64,000 nt of DNA from an uncultured Gemmatimonadales bacterium (lineage in GTDB: Bacteria; Gemmatimonadota; Gemmatimonadetes; Gemmatimonadales; GWC2-71-9): contig CAWJMT010000036.1 of assembly GCA_963844035.1 (NCBI GenBank), positions 128,001 to 192,000 on the forward strand. The letters run 5' to 3'. A model generated the notes under the pieces. It did not search any database, was not told the origin of the DNA, and saw only the letters and a program-made list of their open reading frames with translations. Below, one piece after another: positions 21,521 to 30,765 of the stretch (its first letter is position 1; the number at the start of each line of letters is the position of its first letter). Position numbers and translations under genes: made by a program.

Positions 21521-22587
21521 GTGGGGATGAAGCTCGTCGCCGGTGACAAGCGCCGGGCGAAGGCGGCACACAGGCGCGCGGCGCGCGCGAGATCCTCCAG
21601 GGAGACCAGCTCGTTCGGGCTGTGCATATACCGGTTGGGAACACTGACCAGCCCGGTGGGAATCCCCCGCAGCGCGTTGTAGATGGCGTCGGCATCGGTC
21701 CCGGTATCGTGCGGGGCGGCCTGGATGCTGTAGGGGATCTGCTCGGCCTCGGCGCTCTCCACCAGCAAGTCGAACACCACCGGGCTCACCGCGGACCCGC
21801 GTGAGAGCACCGGGCCGCCGCCGACCTTATGCTCGCCGGCGCGCTTCTTCTCGGCGCCCGGATAGTCCGTAGCGTGCGTGACGTCCACCACGAGCGCCAC
21901 CTGGGGATCGAGCCCGACGGCGCTGGTGCGCGCGCCGCCCCCCGACCAGGCGATCTCTTCCCGTGTGGTGGCGACGGCGTACACAGCGGCGTGCTTCGGC
22001 CGATCGGCCGCGAGGAGGCGCAGCGCCTCCGAGACGACGTAGGCGCCGATCCGGTTGTCGATGCTGCGTGAGACGATGCGGCCGTTCGGCAACTCCTGCA
22101 CGGCAGCATCGAGCACGGCGGCGTCACCGACCCGCACCCGCTCCCGCGCTTCGTCCCTGGTCGCGGCGCCGACGTCGATCCACAGGTCCGTAATCTTCGA
22201 CACCTTGTCCATGTCCTCGCGCTTCATCAGGTGGATCGCCTGCTTGCCGATGACGCCGCGCACCGGACCGCCGCGGCCGGCGATCACCACGCGCTGGCCC
22301 ACGAGCACCTGCGAATCCCAGCCCCCGATGCCGGCGAAGTACAGGTAGCCGTCCTCGTCGATGTGCGTGATCTGCAGGCCGATCTCGTCGATGTGCCCCG
22401 CGAGCATGAGGCGGGGAGCGCCCTTGGCGTTCACGCTCGCGACGGAGTTTCCATGCACATCGGTGCTGACGTCGTCCGCGAAGCGCTTGACCTCTTCGCG
22501 CCATACCCGCGCCGGGGCGGTCTCGAAGCCCGAGGGCCCGGGGGTATCGAGCAGCCGCTTGAGGAATTCCACCGTGGGACTGGCCAT
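21517..22587 (-). CDS. M42 family metallopeptidase
   Basis: PGPSGFE, GHIDEIG, DNRIG, TREE, GTDAD, RYMHSPNE. Confidence 0.92.
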   Translation of the reverse strand: MASPTVEFLKRLLDTPGPSGFETAPARVWREEVKRFADDVSTDVHGNSVASVNAKGAPRLMLAGHIDEIGLQITHIDEDGYLYFAGIGGWDSQVLVGQRVVIAGRGGPVRGVIGKQAIHLMKREDMDKVSKITDLWIDVGAATRDEARERVRVGDAAVLDAAVQELPNGRIVSRSIDNRIGAYVVSEALRLLAADRPKHAAVYAVATTREEIAWSGGGARTSAVGLDPQVALVVDVTHATDYPGAEKKRAGEHKVGGGPVLSRGSAVSPVVFDLLVESAEAEQIPYSIQAAPHDTGTDADAIYNALRGIPTGLVSVPNRYMHSPNELVSLEDLARAARLCAAFARRLSPATSFIPT

Positions 22588-22594
22588 GATGTCG

Positions 22595-23455
22595 CTACTC
22601 TGTGTGAGAGATGAGCATGCCCGCCATGCGCTCGGCCGCCTCGACGAGCCGCGGACCGGGCCGCGATGTATAGGCGTTCCCGTCGATAATTTCCACCCTC
22701 CGGCTGAGCAGCGCGAGGGCATCGGGGTCGGTGACCGCCGCCAGCTCACGCCGCGCCCGCTCCACGTCGAAGCCGCACAGCGCGACAATCACGAGGTCGG
22801 GCGCGGTCTGTGCGAGCTCGCGCCAGGGGCGCACGACCGACGGAGCGCCGGCGCTGTTACCCACGTCCACACCGCCGGCGAGCGCCACCAGCTCGGGCAC
22901 CCAGTGGCCCGCCACGTAGGGCGGGTCGAGCCACTCGAGCACGAGCACCCGGGGCGGGGTGGGGGGCCGGGCAGGCGACTGCTCGAGGGCCCGCACGCGC
23001 TGCTCCAGCCCAGCGACCACCTCCCGCGCCTGGTCCCCTCGCGCCATGCTCTCGCCAACCCGCACGATGTCCCCGAACACGTCCGCCAGCGAGTGGGGGT
23101 GCAGGGTGACGACCCACGGCGTCGGGTCGAGGGCGCGGACGACGCGGGCGAGCTCGTCGGTACTGACCGCACACACGTCGCAGACTGATTGTCCGATGAG
23201 GATGTCCGGGCGGAGCCGGCCGATGGTCGCGAGATCCACTTCGATCGGCGCGACACCGGAGTGCTTTGCCTCGGCCATCAGCCGGTCAATCTCGCGGGCC
23301 GGAAGCGCCGGATCCACGCGGGTGGAGGTGACGCGCGGCAGGCCCTGCACCTCAGCGGGATAGTCGCACTCGTGGGAGACGCCTACCAGGAGCCCCGCCC
23401 CCCCGACCGCCGCCACCATCTCCGTAGCCGCGGGCAACAGCGAAACCACCCGCAT
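22595..23455 (-). CDS. Cobalamin/Fe-siderophore-type ABC substrate-binding protein (BtuF-like)
   Basis: MRVVSLLPAATE, GVSHECDYP, CDVC, GHWVPE, SRPGPRL. Confidence 0.85.
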   Translation of the reverse strand: MRVVSLLPAATEMVAAVGGAGLLVGVSHECDYPAEVQGLPRVTSTRVDPALPAREIDRLMAEAKHSGVAPIEVDLATIGRLRPDILIGQSVCDVCAVSTDELARVVRALDPTPWVVTLHPHSLADVFGDIVRVGESMARGDQAREVVAGLEQRVRALEQSPARPPTPPRVLVLEWLDPPYVAGHWVPELVALAGGVDVGNSAGAPSVVRPWRELAQTAPDLVIVALCGFDVERARRELAAVTDPDALALLSRRVEIIDGNAYTSRPGPRLVEAAERMAGMLISHTE

Positions 23456-23462
23456 CGACGCG

Positions 23463-25613
23463 TCAGCTCCTGCGGGAGGCCACCTTGTAGAGGGCTCCGC
23501 CGAGCAGCGCGAACAAGATGAACGCGAGAGTGCTCGACGTCGCGAGGCTCCCGAGCGCCTTGGACAATCCGGCGGTGTGCGCGAGCCACTCGGCGCTCCC
23601 GGTTGCACCTGCGATGGCCGCCACCGCGATTCCGGCGATGGCGCCGCCCGCGATGAGCCCGCTCGAGAACAGCACGCCCGGCCCCGATTCGATCTCGGCA
23701 AGGGACTGCTGGCCCTGCGCGCGCCGCTCCACCAGCCAGCGGATCAGCCCGCCCACGAACATGCTCGATGATGTGGAGATCGGGAGGTACACCCCCACGG
23801 TGATCGGCAGCGACTGGAGACCCATGAGCTCGATCGCGAGCGCGAGGAACACTCCGATGAGCACCAGGGCCCATGGCAGGCGCTGTGTCAGAATTCCGTC
23901 GGTGATGAGGGCCATCAGCGTGGCCTTGGGCGAATCGAGACGCGTGAGGGTGCGGCCCTCATACTCGCGGATCCGCCCCCCGATGCCGGGATCCACCACG
24001 TAGCGCAGCTCGCGCGTGGCCGGGTCCATGAGGTACTTGCCGGGGAGTACGCTGCCGGTGGCGACGAACACCCGGACACCCTGATACGTGGCGCTGTCGA
24101 AACTCTCACCGCCCGCGACGCGGAACCCCGACGTGGTCTCATCGAGGATCGCGACATCCGGCGTGCTGGCGGCGGGCACGACGAATCCGGAATGCCGCTC
24201 CGGCACCGGGTACTGGTACGCCTTATTCAATAGCGTCAGGGTCCAACCCACGACTACCGCCGACGTCACGGCTCCGACGAGGATGCCGATCTGCTGGCGG
24301 CGCGGGGTGGCGCCGACCAGGAACCCGGTCTTCAAGTCCTGCGACGTCGCCCCACCGTTGGCCGCGGCCACGGCGATCACGCACGCGATGGAGATCGCCT
24401 GCACCCGATGGTCCACACCGATCCAGCCGAGCAACAAGAAGATCGACGCCGTCCCGATGAGCGCCGCGATGGTCATTCCGGAGATCGGGTTCGCCGAGCT
24501 GCCGATCTGGCCGCAGATGCGCGAAGAGACCGTCGTGAAGAAAAATCCGAACAGCACGATGAGCAGCGCGCCGAGCAGGTTGACGCCGACCTGCGGAAGC
24601 AGGGTCAGGACGATCGCGAGCACGATCGCACCGATGGCCGTATAGGCGATCGGGAGATCGTCGTCGGTGCGGAGCCTGGTGATGGCTTGTCCGACTCGGG
24701 ATTTACGCAGGTCCGCGAACCCGGCAGCGAACGCGGAGACGATGGTGGGCAGCGCACGGATCAGCGCGATGATGCCCGACGTGGCCACGCCCCCCGCGCC
24801 GATGTAGAACACGTAGTTCGCGCGGACCTGGGAGGCCGACATGTCGCGGATCAGCATGGTGGCGGGGTACATCGGCTCCGTCATGCTTTCGCCGAACAGC
24901 TTGATGGCGGGCATCAGCACGAGGTACGCGAGCGTCCCGCCCGCGAACAGGTATCCTGCGATGCGCGGCCCGATGATGTACCCGACGCCCATCAGCTCCG
25001 GGCCCATGTCCATGCGGAACTCAGCGCCCTTGAACCAGCGAAACACCTTTCCGGGGTACTCGGCCCAGAGCTGCAGTCCCGTCATCAGGAACTTGAACGC
25101 GAACGCGATCCCGAACGCCTGGAACACGGTGCGCGCGTGGATCCCGCCTTTTTCCCCGGCAATGAGCACCTCGGCGCACGCCGTGCCCTCGGGGTAGGTG
25201 AGGTTTCCGTGCTCCTGCACGATCAGCGCCCGGCGCAGCGGAATCATCATCAGAATGCCGAGCACCCCGCCCGCGGTCGCGAGGATGGCCACCCGCGCGA
25301 TATCGAGGTCGTAGCCCATAAGGAGAATCGCGGGGATCGTGAACACCACGCCGGCGGCGATCGACTCGCCCGCCGAGCCGACCGTCTGCGTGATGTTGTT
25401 CTCGAGGATGGTGGCGCGGCCGAGGGCTCGAAATATGGTGATCGACAGGACGGCGATCGGGATCGACGCGCTCACCGTGAGGCCGATCTTCAAGGCCAGG
25501 TACACGCTCGAGGCGCCGAAGACGATCCCCAGCAGGGCGCCGAGGACCAGGGAGCGTGTGGTCAGCTCGGCCGGGGACTGGCTCGCTGGGATGTAGGGTT
25601 GATGGGCGGTCAT
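23463..25613 (-). CDS. OPT family oligopeptide transporter
   Basis: GLTVSASIP, ENNITQT, YPEGTACAEVL, NPISGMT, QDLKTG. Confidence 0.93.
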   Translation of the reverse strand: MTAHQPYIPASQSPAELTTRSLVLGALLGIVFGASSVYLALKIGLTVSASIPIAVLSITIFRALGRATILENNITQTVGSAGESIAAGVVFTIPAILLMGYDLDIARVAILATAGGVLGILMMIPLRRALIVQEHGNLTYPEGTACAEVLIAGEKGGIHARTVFQAFGIAFAFKFLMTGLQLWAEYPGKVFRWFKGAEFRMDMGPELMGVGYIIGPRIAGYLFAGGTLAYLVLMPAIKLFGESMTEPMYPATMLIRDMSASQVRANYVFYIGAGGVATSGIIALIRALPTIVSAFAAGFADLRKSRVGQAITRLRTDDDLPIAYTAIGAIVLAIVLTLLPQVGVNLLGALLIVLFGFFFTTVSSRICGQIGSSANPISGMTIAALIGTASIFLLLGWIGVDHRVQAISIACVIAVAAANGGATSQDLKTGFLVGATPRRQQIGILVGAVTSAVVVGWTLTLLNKAYQYPVPERHSGFVVPAASTPDVAILDETTSGFRVAGGESFDSATYQGVRVFVATGSVLPGKYLMDPATRELRYVVDPGIGGRIREYEGRTLTRLDSPKATLMALITDGILTQRLPWALVLIGVFLALAIELMGLQSLPITVGVYLPISTSSSMFVGGLIRWLVERRAQGQQSLAEIESGPGVLFSSGLIAGGAIAGIAVAAIAGATGSAEWLAHTAGLSKALGSLATSSTLAFILFALLGGALYKVASRRS

Positions 25614-25662
25614 AGGCCGGAAAATGTGGGGGGACGGGCGGAAAGACGATAGAGGTGGTGGT

Positions 25663-26822
25663 TCACCCGGCGCTGCGGCACGTTGCCAGACGTTCGGCGG
25701 CTGCGCTCAAGACGTCGAGGCTCTTACAGAAAGCAAACCGCACCTGAGCGTCCGCCCCATTTCGGGCCGGGAGTAGAAGCTCGAGCCGGGCACCGGGGCG
25801 ACGCCCACCTCCGCCGCCAGCCAGCGAGCGAACTGATCGTCCGGGAGATCGGACAGCGCGGAGAAATCCGCCATGATGTAGTACGCCCCTTGGGGGGACA
25901 CGCACGTGAATCCGGCTGCGATGAGCGCCCGATACATCACGTCGCGCCGGGCCCGGTACTCGCGCGCCAGCGACTCGTAGTAATCGTCACCCAAGGTTTC
26001 GAGCCCTGCGGCCACCGCCTCCTGGAGCGGCGCCGGGGCGCCGACCGTGAGAAAGTCGTGCACTTTCCGGATTGCATCGGACGTCTCGGGAGGCGCGACG
26101 ATCGTCCCGATGCGCCATCCGGTCACACTGAAGGTCTTGGAGGCCCCGCTGATCGTGATCGTGCGGTCGCGCATCCCGTCCAGAGTCGCAATGGGAATGT
26201 GCTTGCCCTCGTAGTAGATGTGCTCGTAGATCTCGTCCGTGACGGCGTAGGCATCGTGCCGCTGGCACAGGGCCGCTATCCCATCGAGCTCGCGGCGCGT
26301 CAGCACCCGCCCCGTGGGATTGTTCGGGGTGCAGACGATGATGGCACGGGTGCGGGACGAAAACGCGGCGGCGAGCCGGTCCATGTCGAACTCTTGGCCC
26401 GCCGGCAGCGGCACGTACACCGGCTGCGCGCCGCATAGGATGGCGTCCGGTCCATAGTTCTCGTAAAACGGCTCGAACACGATCACTTCGTCCCCCGGAT
26501 CGACGATGGCGAGCAGCGCGGACGCCATCGCTTCCGTCCCACCGCAGGTGACCACGATCTCTGCTTCCGGGTCCACGCTCATGCCGTACCACTCGGCGTA
26601 CTTGCGGGCCAGGGCGTCGCGCAGGCGCTTGGTGCCCCAGGTGATCGCGTACTGGTTGATATCGTCGCGGATCGCGCGGATCGCGGCCTCTTTCAGGACG
26701 TCGGGGGCCGGGAAGTTCGGGAACCCCTGCGCGAGGTTGATGGCGCCGTACTCGTTTGCGATACGGGTCATGCCGCGGATGACGGATTCGGTGAACCCGT
26801 GGGTGCGGCGGGCGGTGTGCAT
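25663..26822 (-). CDS. Class I/II PLP aminotransferase, frameshift near 25745
   Basis: INLAQGFP, PNNPTG, DEIYEH, SKTFSVTGWRIG; the C-terminal VRFAFCK is in another frame. Confidence 0.9.
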
Positions 26823-27059
26823 CTGGAATCCCATCTGTGGGAGGGCTGTGCGAGAATGTAGGAGGACCCCTTGAACCGAGCAAATTTTCGACACTCCAGC
26901 CATGCTCGGGTGCCTAAGTTCTCATCCCGTCGCGCTTTCCGCGTTGCTGTGATACGTGTGCATTCCCGCCCTGTGATTTGGGTTACCGCGTGCTTGGCTG
27001 GACGGCGATAGCTTTGCGGGCAGCAAGGGGGCCAGTTCGCCGCCCTGCGACTTCGCCTT

Positions 27060-27121
27060 GCCCTAGCCGAGTCCCCTGCGCCCTGAAGCTCACTTTTTCC
27101 TCCTGGAGGAGGAGCTATGCG
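27060..27121 (+). promoter_or_regulatory. Conserved leader motif, copy 1
   Basis: GCCCTAGCC-N5-CCCTGCGCCCTG...GGAGGAGCTATGCG; the same blocks occur at 28791-28844. Confidence 0.65.
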
Positions 27122-27752
27122 CACGCCCGGTTTGGCAGCGATCACCATGGTTCTGGCCATCGCGGCGTGCAGCGACGTCGCGGCGCCGACCGCATCGACC
27201 TTCGAGACGTCGTCGCTCGAAGCGGTGGCGCACAGGAACTCCTACAACGACCGCAAGTTCGGCGACAAGCACGACGAGTGCACGGACAATGACCGGGGCC
27301 ATCACTGGGGCCGGGGTCGTCACAGCCTGCGCTTCCGTCATTGGGGCTGGAGCCACGGCCGTCGTCACTCCTACCATTTCCGCGGTCATGACAACACCTG
27401 CGAGCCCCAGCCGCCCGAGCCGGGCACGGGGAGCATCAGCGGCGCGGTCATGAACGAGGGCGAACCCGCAGTGGGCTACTCCGTGTTCCTGCTGAACGCG
27501 GATGGGTCGGTGGCTGCCACGGTGCTGACCGATGCCGCCGGCGCCTATACGTTCGCGGAGGCCGCGGCGGGGACGTGGCTGGTCTGCGAAGAGAACCCGT
27601 TTACCGAGGAGAATGGCTTCCTTGGTGAGACCCGTCCCCAGACCGGCGCGGCCTGCCCGGGGGCGGCCTATGCGCCGATCGGCTTCTCGCTTCAGCTGGC
27701 GGGTGGCGCAGCGCTGACCGGGAACAACTTCAGCAACATGGAGCAGCAGTAA
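27117..27752 (+). CDS. Lipoprotein with His-rich segment and CnaB/SdrD-B-like beta domain
   Basis: Lipobox IAAC, His/Arg/Gly-rich loop, GSISGAV...TDAAGAYTF...GTWLVCE; strong RBS. Confidence 0.85.
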   Translation: MRTPGLAAITMVLAIAACSDVAAPTASTFETSSLEAVAHRNSYNDRKFGDKHDECTDNDRGHHWGRGRHSLRFRHWGWSHGRRHSYHFRGHDNTCEPQPPEPGTGSISGAVMNEGEPAVGYSVFLLNADGSVAATVLTDAAGAYTFAEAAAGTWLVCEENPFTEENGFLGETRPQTGAACPGAAYAPIGFSLQLAGGAALTGNNFSNMEQQ

Positions 27753-27769
27753 ACTGGGTTTGAGACGAG

Positions 27770-27809
27770 GCATAACGGCCGCCGGGCTTCCGCCCGGCGG
27801 CCGTTGTGC
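27770..27809. repeat. Conserved palindrome, copy 1 (terminator- or REP-like)
   Basis: GCATAACGGCCGCCGGGC-TTCC-GCCCGGCGGCCGTTGTGC. Confidence 0.8.
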
Positions 27810-27816
27810 GTTCGGG

Positions 27817-27862
27817 ACTGTTGCAGATCTGCAATAGTGCACTGTTGCAGGTTTGCGACTCT
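27817..27862. promoter_or_regulatory. Tandem palindromic operator-like sites
   Basis: ACTGTTGCAGATCTGCAATAGT (near-perfect dyad), then ACTGTTGCAGGTTTGCGACTCT, 24-bp period. Confidence 0.55.
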
Positions 27863-27916
27863 TGCGAGTGCCGCCGGACCACGGCACATCTACTGTCCCT
27901 ACGCGAGGAGGTCCCA

Positions 27917-28621
27917 ATGCGAATTCTCAGCCTGGCAGCAGTCACCACGTTCGTCGTGATCGCGGCGTGCAGCGATGTTGCGTCGCCGCTCGCTGCCGGC
28001 TCGGACGCCGGGTCGCTGACGGCGGCCGGCGGCGCAGCACACTTCCTCGGCGGGAAGAAGAAGATCGACGTCCGCAGCAAGCACGGTCACCACGACGAGG
28101 GCGACCGGGCGGAGTGCGGTGACGACGACCGCGACCACCACGACTATTGGGGCAAGCGCCGGCACGGGCGCCACGAACACCACTGGGGGAAGCGCGGTCA
28201 TTCTGTCTTCTCGCGGGGCAAGCACGGCTTCAGCGGGCACATGCTGGGCGGTCACCATGAAGACGGCGAGGACTGCGGCGGAGGAACAGAGACCACCGGG
28301 ACCATCAGTGGCGCCGTGATGAACGATGGTGCGGCCGCCAGCGGCTTCCCGGTGTTCCTCCTGAACGAGGCAGGGACGGCGGTGCTCGCCAACACGACCA
28401 CCGCAACCGACGGCTCCTACTCGTTCGCGGGGGTCGCAGCGGGGAACTATCTGGTGTGCGAGACGGATCCGTTTGTTGCGATCTACGGATTCCTCGGGCA
28501 GACCCGGCCCGAGACGGGCCCGGCTTGTCCGGTGGGATATGCGCCGATTGGCTTCCTCATTACTCTCGACGGCGGCGCCACGGTGGGCGGGAATGACTTC
28601 AGCAACTTCGGTGAGACGTAG
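27917..28621 (+). CDS. Paralogous His-rich lipoprotein with CnaB/SdrD-B-like domain
   Basis: IAACSDVA; shares ISGAVMN, VFLLN, LVCE..PF, GFLG.TRP.TG.ACP, YAPIGF, N.FSN with 27117-27752. Confidence 0.87.
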   Translation: MRILSLAAVTTFVVIAACSDVASPLAAGSDAGSLTAAGGAAHFLGGKKKIDVRSKHGHHDEGDRAECGDDDRDHHDYWGKRRHGRHEHHWGKRGHSVFSRGKHGFSGHMLGGHHEDGEDCGGGTETTGTISGAVMNDGAAASGFPVFLLNEAGTAVLANTTTATDGSYSFAGVAAGNYLVCETDPFVAIYGFLGQTRPETGPACPVGYAPIGFLITLDGGATVGGNDFSNFGET

Positions 28622-28649
28622 CGCGTCGCAGTTGCTCAGCGCTAAGATC

Positions 28650-28679
28650 ACGGCCGCCGGGATTCCCCCGGCGGCCGTT
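28650..28679. repeat. Conserved palindrome, copy 2
   Basis: ACGGCCGCCGGG-ATTCC-CCCGGCGGCCGTT followed by CGATTTTCT. Confidence 0.8.
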
Positions 28680-28790
28680 CGATTTTCTGTGCCTCATTTT
28701 GCCAGACTTGCGCAACCAAGGCACCCCTCATCACTGTTGAGCCCGGACCGGTCATGCTTTTGGCAGGTGGCCGTCTGGTGGTGCTCCCGC

Positions 28791-28844
28791 GCCCTAGCCC
28801 ACTTCCCTGCGCCCTGTCTTCTACACGCAAGGAGGAGCTATGCG
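28791..28844 (+). promoter_or_regulatory. Conserved leader motif, copy 2
   Basis: GCCCTAGCC-CACTT-CCCTGCGCCCTG...GGAGGAGCTATGCG. Confidence 0.65.
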
Positions 28845-29434
28845 AGTGCGCCAGTTGCTGACAGTAATGATTGCCGCCGCCATGGCGGCTTGTAATGACG
28901 TTCCCACGCCAGTGGCGGGTCCCGGTGGACCATCGATGGAGATCGTCGATGGGGCCCACGGCGGTGGCAACCCGTTCTTCTACTTCCTTCCCCCCATGGT
29001 GTCGAACCCCAGGTCCGGCACGAACGTGACCGGCCTTTCTCCGGTCGTGGACATTTGTGCCTGGACCGGCGCCAACTGCGAGGGCGTCGCTGGCCCATTT
29101 CACGATCGATCTCGCCACCACGACCACGACGCAGCCAGGCAATTCCGAGACCGTCCGCGAAAGTTCGGCCGGATACATCGTCAACTGGCACACCACCGAC
29201 TTCAACCTGGCCGTGAACAGCCTCTATCGCGTGAAGGTGAGCATCGGCGGTCAATGTCTTGGGCACGCGGATGTCGATGTGGTGGGCAGCGGGAAGGACC
29301 TGAAGAACGTCGATACGAACCAGTACATCCCTCTACTCGATGACCGGACCCTCCCGATCAAGTTCCGCATCGAGGACGGCGCCCTGTCCCACCCGCCTGA
29401 TGATACGTGCGACGGGCCCGGCGACGACGTCTAG
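28840..29434 (+). CDS. Hypothetical lipoprotein, one frameshift near 29090
   Basis: Lipobox MAACND, GNPFFYFLPPMV; continues in another frame as YIVNWHT...RTLPIKFRIE. Confidence 0.75.
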
Positions 29435-29460
29435 GCGACGCCTCCGGGAAGGGAACGACG

Positions 29461-29493
29461 CGGCCGCCGGGCCTTTTTTGCCCGGCGGCCGTT
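29461..29493. repeat. Conserved palindrome, copy 3 (between convergent genes)
   Basis: CGGCCGCCGGGC-CTTTTTT-GCCCGGCGGCCGTT. Confidence 0.8.
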
Positions 29494-29497
29494 CACG

Positions 29498-30658
29498 TTA
29501 CTTGAGCAGCAGCTTGGCGATCGTGTGGAGCTGCATGTTGCTGGTGCCTTCGTAGATGGTGCCGATCTTGGCGTCGCGATAGAACTTCTCCACCGGGTAC
29601 TCCTTGGTGTACCCGTACCCGCCAAACAATTCCACGCACAGCGACGTGACCCGTTCGGCCACTTGCGACGCAAACAACTTCGCCATGGCCGCCTGCATCG
29701 TATAGGGCTCGCCCGCGTCCTCGAGCCGTGCCGCGTTGTAGACCATCAGGCGCGCCGCCTCGAGCTCCGTGGCCGCCTGGGCCAGCTGAAACTGCACGCC
29801 CTGAAATTCGGCGATCGGCTTGCCGAACTGGCGGCGCTCGCGCACGTATTGCAGCGCCGCCGTGAGCGCGCCGCGTGCGATGCCGATCATCTGGGCCCCG
29901 ATGCCGATGCGGCCGGTGTTGAGCGTCTCGATCGCCACCTTGTAGCCCTTGCCCACCTCGCCGATGAGGTTGGCCGCGGGGACCTCGCAGTGGTCGAGGA
30001 TCAGCTCGGTGGTGCTCGATGCCCGGATGCCGAGCTTGTCCTCCTTCTTTCCGACCTGGAATCCTGGGAACCCGCGCTCGACCACGAAGGCGGTGATGCC
30101 CTTGTGGCCGAGCGAGAGATCCACGCTGGCGAACACGACGAACAGGCCGGCTTCGGCGCCGTTCGTGATGAACAGCTTCCGGCCGTCGAGCGTCCAGGTG
30201 TCTCCGTTGCGCGTCGCTTTGGTCTCGAGCCCGAAGGCGTCCGAGCCGGATCCCGGCTCCGAGAGCGCGTAGGCGCCGATCAAGTCCGTCGTGAGCCGCG
30301 GGAGGTAGCGCTCCTGGATGTTCCCGCTCGCCCACTTGAGGAGCAGCGCGTTGACGAGCGTGTTCTGGACATCGACGACAATCGCGACGGCGGCATCGAT
30401 CGCCGCCAGCTCTTCCACGGCGAGCACGCTCATCATCAGGCTGCCGTTGGCTCCGCCGTGCTGCTCCGGGATCTCGATGCCCATGAGTCCCAGCGTGAAG
30501 AACTTCGGGAACAGGGTGGGGTCGATGGCCGACGCCCGCTCCATGGCGGCCACCCGCGGCCGGACTTCCCGCTCGGCGAAGTCGCGCACGGTGTCGCGGA
30601 AGAGGGTTTCCTCCTCACCGAGTACGCTGAGCGGAGATGGAGAATCGAGATAGTTCAT
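29498..30658 (-). CDS. Acyl-CoA dehydrogenase (short/branched chain-like)
   Basis: YALSEPGSGSD, KLFITNG, KLGIRAS, RRQFGKPI, IYEGTSN. Confidence 0.95.
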   Translation of the reverse strand: MNYLDSPSPLSVLGEEETLFRDTVRDFAEREVRPRVAAMERASAIDPTLFPKFFTLGLMGIEIPEQHGGANGSLMMSVLAVEELAAIDAAVAIVVDVQNTLVNALLLKWASGNIQERYLPRLTTDLIGAYALSEPGSGSDAFGLETKATRNGDTWTLDGRKLFITNGAEAGLFVVFASVDLSLGHKGITAFVVERGFPGFQVGKKEDKLGIRASSTTELILDHCEVPAANLIGEVGKGYKVAIETLNTGRIGIGAQMIGIARGALTAALQYVRERRQFGKPIAEFQGVQFQLAQAATELEAARLMVYNAARLEDAGEPYTMQAAMAKLFASQVAERVTSLCVELFGGYGYTKEYPVEKFYRDAKIGTIYEGTSNMQLHTIAKLLLK

Positions 30659-30765
30659 GGTAGGGAGAATCTACCGGTCTTTCACCCGGCGCACGAATTT
30701 GAGCCCCTGATTCCAAGCTTCTCGGCGAGCGGCTTACCCGAGGCCCCAGCCGGGGCCGCCACCGG

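Noticed and set aside
27882..27897. CGGCACATCTACTGT as a sigma-54 promoter for lipoprotein 2
   Set aside because: Lacks the -12 GC, and the implied start site would fall inside the RBS.
27770..29493. Integron attC sites or CRISPR array interpretation of the three palindromes
   Set aside because: The elements are only 30-40 bp with perfect stems and no attC extrahelical bases, spaced by whole genes. No integrase or cas gene is present.
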